A stretch of DNA of 63,984 bases, counting the filler, from Reticulomyxa filosa (Eukaryota > Protista > Foraminifera): the NCBI GenBank assembly GCA_000512085.1. It is 18 parts of 18 records of this genome, joined end to end, with 100 filler letters (N's around TTAATTAATTAA, not from the genome) between each part and the next. Parts side by side here need not be neighbours in the genome. Positions count along the whole stretch, not along the records: positions 38,939 to 42,708 come from ASPP01014356.1; positions 42,809 to 44,092 come from ASPP01039405.1; positions 44,193 to 45,464 come from ASPP01013889.1; positions 45,565 to 54,310 come from ASPP01020365.1; 14 more parts are not named here. One strand, written 5' to 3'. Position 1 is the first letter of the stretch. The number at the start of each line of letters is the position of its first letter. The notes under the pieces were generated by a model. It was not told the DNA's origin, did no database searches, and worked only from the letters and a program-made list of their open reading frames with translations. Below, in pieces: positions 38,953 through 51,830 of this stretch. The position numbers were made by a program, and so were the translations under genes.

Positions 38953-40387
38953 TTGCGTGCAGAAATCGAGTTTGATGAGAGATTTGGCGCACGCGACAAT
39001 CTAAGTTGTGTACACATGTTACAATTCGGATACCCGTTGAGCACGACGGACACGAGCACAGGGAAGGAACATCGTATGCAAGTGGACGCGAGCGACGCGA
39101 AAGAGAACGTGAACGCGATGGCGTACCTGACGAAGATTGCCAGCGTGGACTACCGCGAGCGCTGCTCATCGTTGCAGAACCAGTGTGTGCAGGCGTTAAC
39201 ATTGCGAAAGACCGAGCAGCGACTAAGTGGTGGGCCTTGGATAATGGATGCGAACATTAATATTAATGTCAATGCCAATACTAATGTCAATACTAATGCC
39301 AATGTTAGTTTAGGTATCGATAGCAGTGGTGACAGCACATCGATGATGGACCAGATCGAGAGTGATTTCAACGACTTGATTTGGAGCTTGCCGAAGCAGC
39401 AAGATCTAAAGACTGCTATTCGACAGCTCAACGCGAACCACTTGACAGGCCTGCCTAATCGAATTGCATTTCGCACGTGGTACGAAGCAGAGATGAAGAT
39501 GCGCATGTCCATGCATGTAAATGCAAGTAATGGAGATGGTGACGACGAGGATGATAGCGATGATAATAAGAATGACAATAATAATGACAATAATAATAAT
39601 AATAATAATAACAATAATAATGTACAAACAATTGTGGCTAAAAAAAAAGAGCAATTCAAAAACGGCCATTTGGCATAATCAATATGAACATTTGCAACTT
39701 GGCTCTTTTGAACGAGGTGGTAACACATCAGGTGGTGGACCAGATAATAATCCGCATCGCGAACATCTTGCGAACGGGCGTGGATGCGAACGCGGCAATT
39801 TCGCGCTGTTCATTGTACCACTGGAACGCGGGCGAGTTTGTAATCGTGATGCTGGTGGACCAGGAGCAAGAGCTGCTGCATTTCGCCAAGTTATTGATCC
39901 AAACGATTTCGACGCAGCAGGAATATATCAAGACGTCGATTCCGCCCATTTTACAGAACAAGATCGGTCTGTCAGTGCTTACTGTATGCGCGGGGTGCGC
40001 GATTCACTCGGAGCGCATGGACTTTGGACAATGGATCGCCGACGCCGACCACGCCTTGGAGGTGGCCAAGCGACAGGGTCCTGGCAGCATTGTCAGCGCA
40101 TCTAACATCGACGTGAAGAAGGAGACACTAGCTTTGTTCAAAGGGATTCAGGACGAGTATCCGTCCATCGGACATATCTTGGAGCACATTCGCAATGGCG
40201 CCGATCTCGACGAGGTCGACCGCTTTGGCAACACCGCTCTCGCGTCTGCTCTCAAGATGGACAAGAACAAACGTCCACTCGTGCAAACACTGACATATCA
40301 GCCCTTCAATCCCAAGCTGCAGGACAAGCTTGGCAATACGCATTTGATGAAAGGTTTTTTTTTTTAAAAAAAAGAACTGAACTTTTT

Positions 40388-40420
<33 letters not shown>

Positions 40421-41359
40421 TTTTTATTTTTTTAAACCAAACCAAACAAAAAAAAAAAAAGGCATGCTCGAAGGATGGGACGATGGAATTGCTTGCCATT
40501 GGCATTGCAACCTATCAATCCCAATTCAATGAACACTGACGGCCATACGGCGCTGGACATTGCGCTGCAAAAGGGATACAAGTCCGTGGTGGACATGCTG
40601 TCCCGCTATTCGGTGGACAACTCGCTGAACCTGTTCGGCGATCGACAGTACGCATTTGCGTGGTTCAACGCATGCAAACAGGGCAGGGTAGACCTACTGC
40701 GACAATACCTCTCGCTGGGCTTTCCTATCGATGCCTTTGACTTTTCCAAACAACGCACCGGTATCACGTGGGCCTGCGGTCGCTCTCAAATCGACGTGGT
40801 CAAGTTCTTGCTCGACCCCAAGCCCATCGCCCAATTCGACAGCTCCGCCTTTGCCTTGATCAAGCTGGACCAAACGTCGATCAAGAGGCTCTTCGACCGA
40901 AACAAAAACAAAAAGCTCATGTCTGCCAATGTCAATCTGGGCGATCAATGGAACATTGGTCCTATCTATTCTCTGTTATCCGAGAAAGGGCGCGGCGTGG
41001 CTGCCAAAGAAGTTTTTCTTTTTCGATATTAATTATATATATATATATATATAATTAATATATTATAAGTGTTCATTTCATACATTTGCAATCAATGTTG
41101 CTTTTATTCTCTCGTGTGCGTGTATGTGTGTGTGTGTGTGTGTGTGGTAGCTTTTGCCACTATTGCTAAAAGCTGGAGCTGATGTGAATGCTGCGTCCAT
41201 AGGCGGAGTCACGCCGCTGCACGAGGCCGTCGAACAGGACTACTTTGAAGCGTGTCTGATACTGATCAACCATGGAGCCAACTTGCTTGTCAAGACGAAT
41301 AAAAATTACGTTCCAATTGTAAACGCATTGCAAAAATGGAAGCCGCAAATCTTGAAACT

Positions 41360-41396
<37 letters not shown>

Positions 41397-41612
41397 ACTC
41401 GACAATTGGCTGTGCAGGTGCTCGAGTTGATGATCAGCAAGTGCTCGCCTGCTGATATTCTCACCTCTTTTCCTTTGCCCGATGACCCCAAACAAAAACA
41501 GAAGTCGGTCACTATTCTGGAGTTGGCAAAAGACTATGCGTCCACCAACATCCCAAAGATAGTCGATCAAAAAATGAGTGAGTTGCTAAAAAATTGGCAA
41601 CCAATCTCATAA
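38953..41612 (+). CDS. Degenerate GGDEF (diguanylate cyclase-fold) domain fused to ankyrin repeats; 5'-partial; introns 40354-40461 and 41012-41150; apparent frameshifts near 39645 and 40490
   Basis: HLTGLPNRIAF, FGIINMNICNLALLNEVVTHQVVDQIIIRIANIL, YHWNAGEFVIV, LTVCAGCA and ADHALEVAKRQG give the full GGDEF motif order. Ankyrin motifs GNTALASA, GHTALDIA and GVTPLHEAV follow. Confidence 0.8.
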
Positions 41613-42041
41613 GAGAAGAGAAGAACAGAAAAAGAGGAGGAGCAAAAGATGGCTCATATCGGACAAGATAAATGAGGGAAGAGAGTAAAATAGCAATCAT
41701 TTCTTCTTTTCATTTTTTGTATATTCGTTTTTTACAACAAAAAAAAAGATGGTTTGATCAATGTTCAAGTTATATGGTCACTTCACATCTTTGCGATCAT
41801 CGAAAGCTTTCATAACAACAATTCCACAAATAATATCATAATAATTGTAAGTTATTTCTTGTGTACTTACCCTCTTGCCAATAGCTTCAATGTAATTTTT
41901 TACGCCATTTTAAAAACATTGCTGACCACAATACATAAAACGATCAAATTTTGTAGATTGAAACTTTCAACAGCGAAAAAAAAATCGGAAAAGGAGCATA
42001 CAAATATATATATATATATACAAATCTAAGAAAGAGCAAGG

Positions 42042-42613
42042 ATGTCAATCGGGCCAAACAACAAATTGTCTGAGAGAAGTTATTTTGGCAAACATTTTGC
42101 CCATGACATGCCTCAATCTCCACGCCCCCGACGGTCGTCAATGTCACCGTTTGCTTGCAAGTCACGCCAAACGGCGCCTAGTCTTGTGAGCATGTCAAAG
42201 CGTAGATATGTTTTACAAAACAAAATCGGCGAGGGTACATACGGACAAGTGTTCATGGGATACGAAATTGAAAGTAGCACTCCAGTGGTGGTAAAGAAGA
42301 TGAAGCGATTTGAAGAGGAAACGGAAGGCTTCCAACCTTGCATGATTCGAGAGGCAAGCAAAAAAAGAGAGATAAAAAGTGTCCGAATCATAGTGTTTTT
42401 CTGAGCGTTAAAAAAGAAGCTTGTTGTTGTTTGCATTATCACAAATAGATATCCTTTTTGAAAGCGTTGAATCATCCTCGCATTGTGTCAATGTTTGACT
42501 TCTATATGCAACATGACACATTGCACGTAGTATTTGAGCAACTATCAATGGACCTGTATCGATTCATGCATACCAAAAAATGTTCCAAATTTTTGGATAA
42601 GTCATTTGTCCAA
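42042..42613 (+). CDS. Cyclin-dependent kinase-like Ser/Thr kinase, 3'-partial; GC-AG intron 42354-42448
   Basis: KIGEGTYGQVF, VVVKK, GFQPCMIRE|ISFLKALNHPRIV and HVVFEQLSMDL. Confidence 0.88.
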
Positions 42614-42676
42614 GTTGTGCTTTGTTATTATTATTATTGTTATTAATGCTTATTATTCATCTCTCCTCCAAAATAC

Positions 42677-42707
<31 letters not shown>

Positions 42708-44192
42708 TNNNNNNNNNNNNNNNNNNNNNNNNNNNNNNNNNNNNNNNNNNNNTTAATTAATTAANNNNNNNNNNNNNNNNNNNNNNNNNNNNNNNNNNNN
42801 NNNNNNNNTGTGGATGTTATCTGGCCCTTGAGCTTTGTATGGAGACAAATGTAACGTGATTGTACATCCAATTCAACATCATCCGTTCTCCAATTACTAA
42901 CAAATGGAAAAATAGATGATGAACATAATGTAATACTTGATGTTGCGTTGTCTTTCATGAATGTGCATTGGATATAATAAAATCAAGAATACACTCACCC
43001 GCATATGTGCATTCCAATGATGATATATTCAGTGATTTTCAGAGCAAGATTTAATTCTTGCTCAAATGAGGTCGTATTGAATTGCTTACAGATTGCAAAA
43101 TAATAATGGTTTATTTTGACCAGGACAAGAGATTTCCACCCAACACGATTCATAACCAAACACATTAAATGTCCGGCATATTATTGAATGATCGCAATGT
43201 TGAATGCAAATATCTTCGGCATAACACTCCAGACCTTACTGTCTCACTCCAGTGATGAACATAAAAATACTGGAAGTTATAATCGATATTTTCTTCTTTG
43301 ATCTAAATCCAAAAAAAAAAATATAAATCTATATTATCATTATTAACGGTCATCGTGAAAAATCGTCAAGATTATCTCGAGATCACTTCAAGTAAACTTA
43401 AAACAAGTGGATATATCGATATATCTCAAAATCGTTGAAAAAGTCAAGTAGTTCCAACACAACAAGAATCCTCAAGTCAAAGTCCGAAATTATTTTTTTT
43501 TTACTAGTAAAATTAATTTTTATGTTGGATTTTGTGATATTGTTCGTATTGAGATATGAAAAAAAAAAATTTTAGCACCTTCATAATCATTTTCAACTTA
43601 CTGCAAAAGTTGTTTTTTTGGAGGGATCTAGGTCAAGATAATCCAAGATCTTTCAAGATTTGAACTTAATTTTGGAAAAAATTCTTTAGGAAATTTCCTT
43701 AAAAAAATTGATTGTTATTGGAAGATTATTTGGATTAATTAATTGAAGGATTTATTTGAAACGCTTGAAGAGGGTCTTTGGGATATTAAAAAAAAATCAC
43801 AAATTTGTTATTTTGAAGATTTTTGTATTGGGATTTTAATTGAAATTTGATAAATCTGACATTTTTCATTAGAATATTCTATTGGAAATTAATTGTAAGT
43901 TTTATTAGAAAATTGTAATTTAAAGGTTATTTATTAACTTTTATTACTTGGGGATTAAGGCACGATCAGACAGGACGCGAAAACAGCGATACAAAGTTTT
44001 ATTTAAGGAATAGCGACGTCCCCTTGCAAAAATTTTGCTTTAAATATTAAAGTTTTTGAAGTTTGGTGAAAGATGACTTCATTGCCGAACAANNNNNNNN
44101 NNNNNNNNNNNNNNNNNNNNNNNNNNNNNNNNNNNNTTAATTAATTAANNNNNNNNNNNNNNNNNNNNNNNNNNNNNNNNNNNNNNNNNNNN

Positions 44193-44233
<41 letters not shown>

Positions 44234-44571
44234 TTATGTACCTATCAATGGGTATGTTAGCACCAATATCTGTCCGCAATAGGAAGGATCTGTCAACGAC
44301 TCTGGGTATCCAACCATTCCGGTGTTGAACACTACTTCGCCGCTCACAGGCTTCTCCGCGCCAAATGACAATCCCTTTTTTTTTTTTTTTTTTTTTTTTT
44401 GCAACCAATGTGCACCCCCCCCATCCAAAAAAGTTTCTTTCTTACTCACTGTCCTTCTTTTTTTTCCTTTTCCGTCATATTAACTGAAATTATTTCTCCA
44501 TCTTCTAATGTCAAAGTGGCCTTCTTCAATTTGCGCTCTTTTATCTCGTCCAAAAAATTTTCGATTGTCAT
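44234..44571 (-). CDS. Carbamoyl-phosphate synthase glutaminase N-terminus (CAD/CPS-II or small subunit), 3'-partial; intron about 44375-44484
   Basis: ATLTLEDG...|[45 protein letters not shown]. Confidence 0.92.
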
Positions 44572-44890
44572 TGAAGCGCGATTATTCTTAATGTCAATTA
44601 AAAAGTTGAACAACAAAATTCTTTAATCCCCTTTTTGAGCCTTTCCGGTACTACAGTCTTTTTTACAGAATTCCGAATGTGGGTCTTTTTACAAATCGTG
44701 CAGACTTCTTTTTTAATAAATGTATTTTTAACTTTATTTATTTTTCCATTTTCATCTTGTACCCAATAATTAACAACTTTATTCTCTGCTATGTTGAAAA
44801 ATAAAATTCTAATCCTTGGTAGCATTTGAAGCAAGGAAGTCAGTGTTGTCGTGAGGGGACACAAAAGGAAAAAAATAATCAATCGCGATC

Positions 44891-45370
44891 ATGTTTGGAT
44901 TATTTAAATTGAAGAGCAATGATTGGGTAAACATATTGCCAGATTTTGCTTGTCATGAGCGCGTATTGTCAAGATGGTGTCGAAATGTGAATGTGCATGA
45001 GAGGATACCTCTAGTCGTGTGTGGGTTAATTTTACGTTTTTCAACGGAAACGGACAAAGAGAATATACACCAACAAATCAAGATGGAAAACCTGCAGTGG
45101 TTTATAACGTTTAGTTTGAAATATCAATGGTGGCAGTACTTGGATTACGTATGGCGTTGGTGTAATACAAGAATGTCGCTTAGCCCAACAAATGAGACTG
45201 TGGTTATTGTGGCCGATATTCTGAAAAAGCAAGGACGGAACGACTTTTTGGCTTTGTTGAAAAGAGATCAATTTTATTTGAGAGAGGAGTGTATTTTCAT
45301 TATCGCCATGGAATGGTGCAAATTTCAAATGATACAAGATGTTGAAGTTCATAAAAAGCAAAATGGTTAA
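44891..45370 (+). CDS. Hypothetical protein with BACK-like helical segment, 3'-partial
   Basis: DFLALLKRDQFYLREECIFIIAMEWCK resembles the BACK domain pattern. Divergent from the CPSase gene. Confidence 0.45.
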   Translation: MFGLFKLKSNDWVNILPDFACHERVLSRWCRNVNVHERIPLVVCGLILRFSTETDKENIHQQIKMENLQWFITFSLKYQWWQYLDYVWRWCNTRMSLSPTNETVVIVADILKKQGRNDFLALLKRDQFYLREECIFIIAMEWCKFQMIQDVEVHKKQNG

Positions 45371-45427
45371 AAAAAAAAAAAAAAAAAAAATTATAGTATT
45401 CTAGACTCTATCATACCTACAAACACA

Positions 45428-45464
<37 letters not shown>

Positions 45465-45564
45465 NNNNNNNNNNNNNNNNNNNNNNNNNNNNNNNNNNNN
45501 NNNNNNNNTTAATTAATTAANNNNNNNNNNNNNNNNNNNNNNNNNNNNNNNNNNNNNNNNNNNN

Positions 45565-45785
45565 ATTTCATACAAAAAAATTTGACAGCGCCCTTTTGGG
45601 ATTTGTTTCATACAAGAATAAGGTTTCGTATGGCACAAAAATCTAGATTAAAAAATCCAACATTTCACAAAACATCGACAAATTTTTTTCTGCAGAAAAA
45701 TCCATAGGAAATTTAAAAAAATCGTTCGCATTCTCGTTTGATTTCATACAAAAAAATTTGACAGCGCCCTTTTGGGATTTGTTTT
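45565..45785. repeat. ~176-bp tandem repeat (satellite-like); diverged copy at about 52000-52105
   Basis: atttcatacaaaaaaatttgacagcgcccttttgggatttgttt occurs at 45565 and 45741. tttttttctgcagaaaaatc(c/a)ataggaaattt...gcattctcgtttgattt is shared with 52018-52105. Confidence 0.85.
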
Positions 45786-45999
45786 TGCACATGAGTAAAA
45801 CAACGACTGCTGCTTTAGATTTGGATTTTTTTGCTATTTTGGTCCGGTTAATCAACAATATCTTTATCAGACGATCACTCTGATTGACAATGCCTTTTTT
45901 TTCACTTGTCCTTACTGCCTAGAGATAATCAGTGGCAAAAAAGGTTTGGCCTTTTACATGCGGGACTTTATTAGGTTAGCGATCGCAAGAAAGTTTGCA

Positions 46000-48900
46000 G
46001 AGATGAAGATTGCACTAAAATTTGGATTCAATTAAAGATTCTAACGGAGGAGCGGCTGGACAATTTAAAAAGATGTTTTCCAAGTTATCAATTGGATGAT
46101 ATTGTTGACCACATTCGATATGGCAGATGGGACAAGATTGAAGAATTTAATATAAAAGTGGCGGAAGAAGTGAAAGAAATACCTTTGGATATATTATTTT
46201 AAAAGACGTGAGGAAGGAAATCGAAGAAGAAGAAAATAAAAGTGACAGTGCAAGCGAAAATTCGCAAGATGGGAATTTACAAGATTGTAGTTCACAAGGT
46301 AGTCAGACAAGGACAAGCCAAAGAATAAAAGAGGCAAATAGAAAGAAAAATAGGAAAAAGAAATTAGGTGCTGACAATGAGAAAATATCATCATTATCTA
46401 TCCTAAAAACTTTCCTGAGGAGGGAAAAATGCCTCTAAAAAAATTAACAAAAATAAGACATACAGAGTCAAATACACTAGTAAATGTAACCAAAAACAAA
46501 CAAAGCAAGTGAAGAAACAACAACTGTTATTAATAATGACGCCTCCAAGAATAGTAAAAATACTAGTTTGCACAGCGAAAATAATGAGGAAAGAGACAAT
46601 TGACAAAGCAATGAAAACGAATACAGCCAAAATAGTGTAAATAGTAATAGTCATTCCATAGATGAATTGAACCATAAAGAAAAAAAGAGGATGAACAAAT
46701 GGAGGACCAAATTGATAAGCAAATGATAATTGACCAATTACGTGAGCAATTAAGTGTGATAGAAACGAATTACAATCAACTATTGCAAGAATTACAAAAT
46801 AGGATAGATCAAATTGACGAGCAAAATAAACAATTGCAGAAGCTCAATGAAGACCTATCAAAGAAGTGCAAAAAAAATAAAAACCAAAATCAGAATCAAA
46901 ATCAAAATATGCGAATAAGCGAACACGTATAGAGAAAATAAAATAGATAATAATAACAATAGCAATAATGATAATAGTCATAGCAAAAATATTAATACAA
47001 ATAACATTAATAATAATAATAAAATATCTATTATTAATAATCAAGGCAATACAATGAAGAGCAAAATCGCAATGTTTGGCTGGATCTTTAATTCATACAT
47101 TAATTTTAAAGATCTGAAGCAATGTTTATTGTCATGGGGTATACCAATGCAGGAAACAGGAAGGATACGGTTCCACACATATTCGAACGGAACCAGGAAA
47201 TTCATCATTATAGAAATAAAAAATATACAAAAAGCAGAGGAATTCCTATTGATAATACGTAAGAAAATTAGTGAAAAAATGGTAAAAGGAATAACATGGG
47301 CTGAGATATATAAAGAGAATGGTGTAAAAATAGATAAAGAAATAAATAGAAATTTTTACATACCAAAATGGAATAATCAAATAAATAGTCAACAAGGAAA
47401 ACACTAAAATAGACGTTACAGTAACACATGGAACCAACAAAAACCTTTGCATCAAGGAAACAACATATATATATACAACAACATTATAAAAGAAATAATA
47501 TGTATCGAAACAACTATCATCAAAGAAATACATATCAAAGGAATAGACATTATAGAAATAATAATTATCAAAGAAATAGAAACCAAAGAAACCATTACCA
47601 AAGAAATAGAATCAAATGGACAATTACCAAAGGAATCAATATCATAACAATAGATATCACAATCCAATATATAACATACAGCAAAGAAGTACCAATGGAT
47701 ATCAATATATTATAAATTCAAACAAAAGACAGTGCAAAGTTTTATTTCTAAATGTAAAAGGACATATTAACGACAAATTATCAAAAAATTCAGCACTCAG
47801 GAAGATCATCCAAGACGAACATCCGGATTTTTTTGGATTCTGTGAAACCCTTCAGAAAAATGAGAACATAGACAAAATATTAGATAATGTAACAACTACG
47901 TACCAAAAATCATATAAAAAAGATGAAACAAACATAAGATGAAGACTTAGCAGTGGAATGTGTGTAATAACAAAGACAGAATGTATAAGTATAACAGCCA
48001 TGAACAATTTGCCAACGAGAATATAATGACTGTAATAATCCATAAACATCGAGTGATAATAATATTTATAAACATACCGCCAAATGATGACGAAACAAAT
48101 GATAAGATAACTATCACAATCTTCCAAAAAATGAACAAATTAATACAAATATTTAATATATTAAAATATTCAATAATAATAATGTGATATTATAATGCAC
48201 GATTGTACGAAACAGTAGACAAAAAAATAAACCAAAATGGATACTATTAAAACAATTTTGTCAAGTACATCAATTAAAAATATATAAACAAAGAACATAT
48301 CATAACTTTGATACAGTGGATGTAACTTTCTCGATAGTTGACTATATAATAATTAATAATTACTGTCATGATATTGATCCAAGAATGCAAATGGAAATAT
48401 TTACCTGCTCTGATCACTTTCCTATTAAATTAACATTCAACATAACACAAAATGAAAACAAAGAACAAGATAAGCTATTACCAAAGATACAGATTACAAT
48501 AGATCAAATAAAACTATATGAAACAATACCTGATATCAAATCAAAGATACTTGATGAGGAAGCAACAATTGTTATGATTCAAACCAATTATACGATAAAT
48601 TAATGTGTAATATCTATGACGTACTAATTAGGAAAAACACGGTCAAGGAAATATATGGGAACAATAAAAAGGAAAAAGAGTCGATAAATGAAAGTATACT
48701 TAACACAATTAAAATAACAAATATCTGTATTAAATATAATGCATCGAAACATTTATTGAAACACAACATAAGCAAATATGAATTACAAAAAGAACAACAG
48801 CAAAGCAAGAACTAAATAAACTATATTTAGATTACAAAAGAACATAAATAATGGAAATGATAAAAAATTTTATGAAATAATCAGGAAACTACAATGGGAC

Positions 48901-49090
48901 CAACAGTTATTACTACATGATAAATCAGGAAAAGCGATACACCAAAATAGATAGAAATTCATATTACTGGGTGAGCACTACCAACTTCTATTCAAACATG
49001 TACATCATAAGGACACATTATGTGAAATGGAAATAAAAACAAGAACACATGCATAAAACACATTTATCATATGAAGAACAATTAGATAGC
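46000..49090 (+). mobile_element. Decayed APE-type non-LTR retrotransposon 5' half (ORF1-like coiled-coil + APE endonuclease), truncated before RT
   Basis: KVLFLNVKG (about 47736), FFGFCET (about 47830), YYNAR remnant of GDFNA, IVDYII (about 48334) and SDHFPI (about 48409). Coiled-coil at 46699-46932. Many stops; very AT-rich. Confidence 0.75.
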
Positions 49091-49099
49091 AAGTTTTGT

Positions 49100-51830
49100 A
49101 TGCGAAAGCTTACTGCACAACAACGTCAACAAGCATCTGGACTCCGCCGTCGTCGAAATACCGCAATCTTATTTTGCAGCATACAATAGGAAGATATGTT
49201 CATATTGTATATCGATATCGTACAGTAAACACATACATTGCATGCACAAGAATTACATGATCCTGTACAACAAACAAGCATCTCAAGCGAACCACCCAAC
49301 AGAATCACGCAGTAACCTTGAAATGCAACATCTCGCACAGGACAACACCGAAAAAAACATTGATCTATCTGCCTGCAGCGTCCCCCATCCTCAACCAGCA
49401 ACCGGTTTGCAAATTCGACAACATCAATTCATCGAAGAGTCAAAATACCCTCAAGCAGATCAACAAGCTCGCGTAATGCCGGACACATAACACTGGTCAT
49501 GGCCATCTCCCTCCGCAATCGCTTCAATGCCGGCAAAATTGATCCCAGAATTACGCGCCCCATTCGATCCATCTTCGCTTCAGCAGTAGCCATAAGCCTT
49601 CGTGATATTGTGAAAAACAATGACTAGAAGGCATGTCCAAATGGCTGTTATTGGTTCGCCCGATACTTTGGGCACCTGAAAGATGATGGAAAACTCACTC
49701 CAATGCATTAGTATCATTATTGAAAAAGATATTGCAGAAATAGATGGAAAAGTCTTATATTACCTTGTGGCAAGACTACTTCAGTCATTCCAATCGAATG
49801 AAAGCATAACTCAACGTCCCGCCGAAAAGAAAGACACGCAGGCACAACTATCATGTTTGAATTTTGTGTCGCTCGGAGAATACTCCAAAGCGTTCAAATC
49901 CTTGACCCCGTCACAGCCGGTGTTATATGATCAAGCAACGGTCGATGCACTCATTGTCAAGCACCCGACGATGATATACCAATCTGTGATCGTGCTCAGC
50001 AGCCGGCCGATCCAATCACTTTGGAGTAGATACGCATTTACATCAGAAATATTGGCAGATCATCGACGGGAGGCACAGACCTTTTCTCTGCCCAATATCT
50101 CATCAATCTCGAGCCAATGTCGCAAATCTCGTAGCCCAAGGTAAAGTGCCGGATGCCGGTGCACCGTTGCATATGGTACAAGACTGATTGCCATCTCGAA
50201 GCCAGATGTATCCCCAAGACCGATCGCCATATGCTCATTGTTTCGTCGCTCGGCTGCTGCAATTCTAGTCAATATGTTCGTGAACAAAATTAAGGATATC
50301 GTTGGCAGCCATCAAACAGGTGTCAACGTTAAAGCCAGAATTGAATTATTAGTCCATGGATTCAAAGCAGCTGTTCGTCGTGCAAAGATACCAACGGGGC
50401 GGCCGTCGTCAAAATCGACTTTCAAAATGCCTTCAATTCGATAAGAAGGTCCAAAATGATGCAACTGGTACAACACCAGATATGGCAGGATACGTCAATG
50501 GCTGTTATTCCAAGCACGTCCCCCTCTTTCTACCCACCGGCCAAACAATACCATCACATACCTGAGTTTATCAAGGGGACCCTTTGGTGAGCTCGTTGTT
50601 TGCCATTGTGTTGGCGGATGCAGCTAACGTTGCCTTCGTCGATCTTCCAAATTTGTATCATGCTGCTACCACGATGATCTCACAATTGCCGCCGACTCCG
50701 TTATCACATTGACCAGGGCCTTGACATCTCTCATGGCATTGCAAACATCTCATGGCCTCCGAATGAATCATAACAAATACGAGTGGATCGCTGCGGCCAT
50801 CAATTTGACAAACTTGAGCTCCTTCAACACCATCAATCAACGCTTATTCTGCTCCGCCATTCCATGCAGCTATCGAAAGTCGAATACTTTCTTCGGGTCA
50901 ATTTTGTTGATCCTTGTTCCGCCTGTGTGTTCAAATTCGACTGCCGCATCCGCAGAACCATGGAGACGATCGTCTGTATGCTCTTTCTGGCCGCGCAATG
51001 GAGGCAATGCCAGCTCCCGATCAAACAGGGCAATTTCGGGCTCCTCACAATTCAAAATTATTCCAGCGTTTCGTTTATTTCGTCCATTGCACTTGCATCA
51101 CGTCACCTACCATCCATACATCAAGACACACAGATATCAGAATGTATAGACAACAGAGAGACCAATGACACAATCACTCACTACAACTCAAACACAGCGC
51201 CTGCAGACATCATTAGAACATTGGCCTCAGTGCAATCATACACCAGTCTAGCCAAATGGGTCACGTCCTATGCCGTCCACTCTTTCTCTGACAATGCGAA
51301 CCCCCGAACGAATGAAGTCGTTACCGCTCTGTCGGCAAACCAGTCGTCTGCATATCTTCACGCGCCACCCAATCGCTTTTCCCGAACGATGTTTGATAAC
51401 CGGAATTCCAGACTATACTCCGTCTTCTCTTCTCCATGGAACTTTCGACAGACGTCATTTGCCACTGTGGCGACACTTGCGAGATGCAAATGGATAATTA
51501 TGGCGATCATGCCCTCAGTGTGTAGATTGTAAGTGCAGGATTGCTATCCACGATCGGGTAGTCGCATGTATCTCCAATCTTCTTAAGCTTGCAAGACTCC
51601 TTCATCAGCTTGAGCAAGGCATCGATGCAAACAAGTACCGTCCAGAGGACATTGGAATAAAATGGTTTGACGATCCAATGAGTATATAATGTTCGACGTG
51701 GTAATCATTGAAATAGCCGCAGAATATTGTATACCAAAAGATAATCGTCACTCTTCAAAAAGGGAATGCCCTCGCAATCTGGACGCATTGCAGATGACCA
51801 AATGCAAAATGATTCATCATGTCTTCAAAG
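49100..51830 (+). mobile_element. Decayed CRE-like non-LTR retrotransposon (RT + Zn knuckle + restriction-like endonuclease)
   Basis: YSKAFKSL, PRPIAI..LFRR, HQTGV, KIDFQNAFNS (about 50410), YQGDPL (about 50570), YHDD (about 50667), GLRMNHNK, QLPIKQGNFGL, C..C..D.YGDHAL, RPED and FDV, read across frameshifts. Confidence 0.82.

Noticed and set aside
42809-44092. Possible gene or RNA element in this contig
   Set aside because: Only short broken frames, with no recognisable motif or tRNA/rRNA structure.
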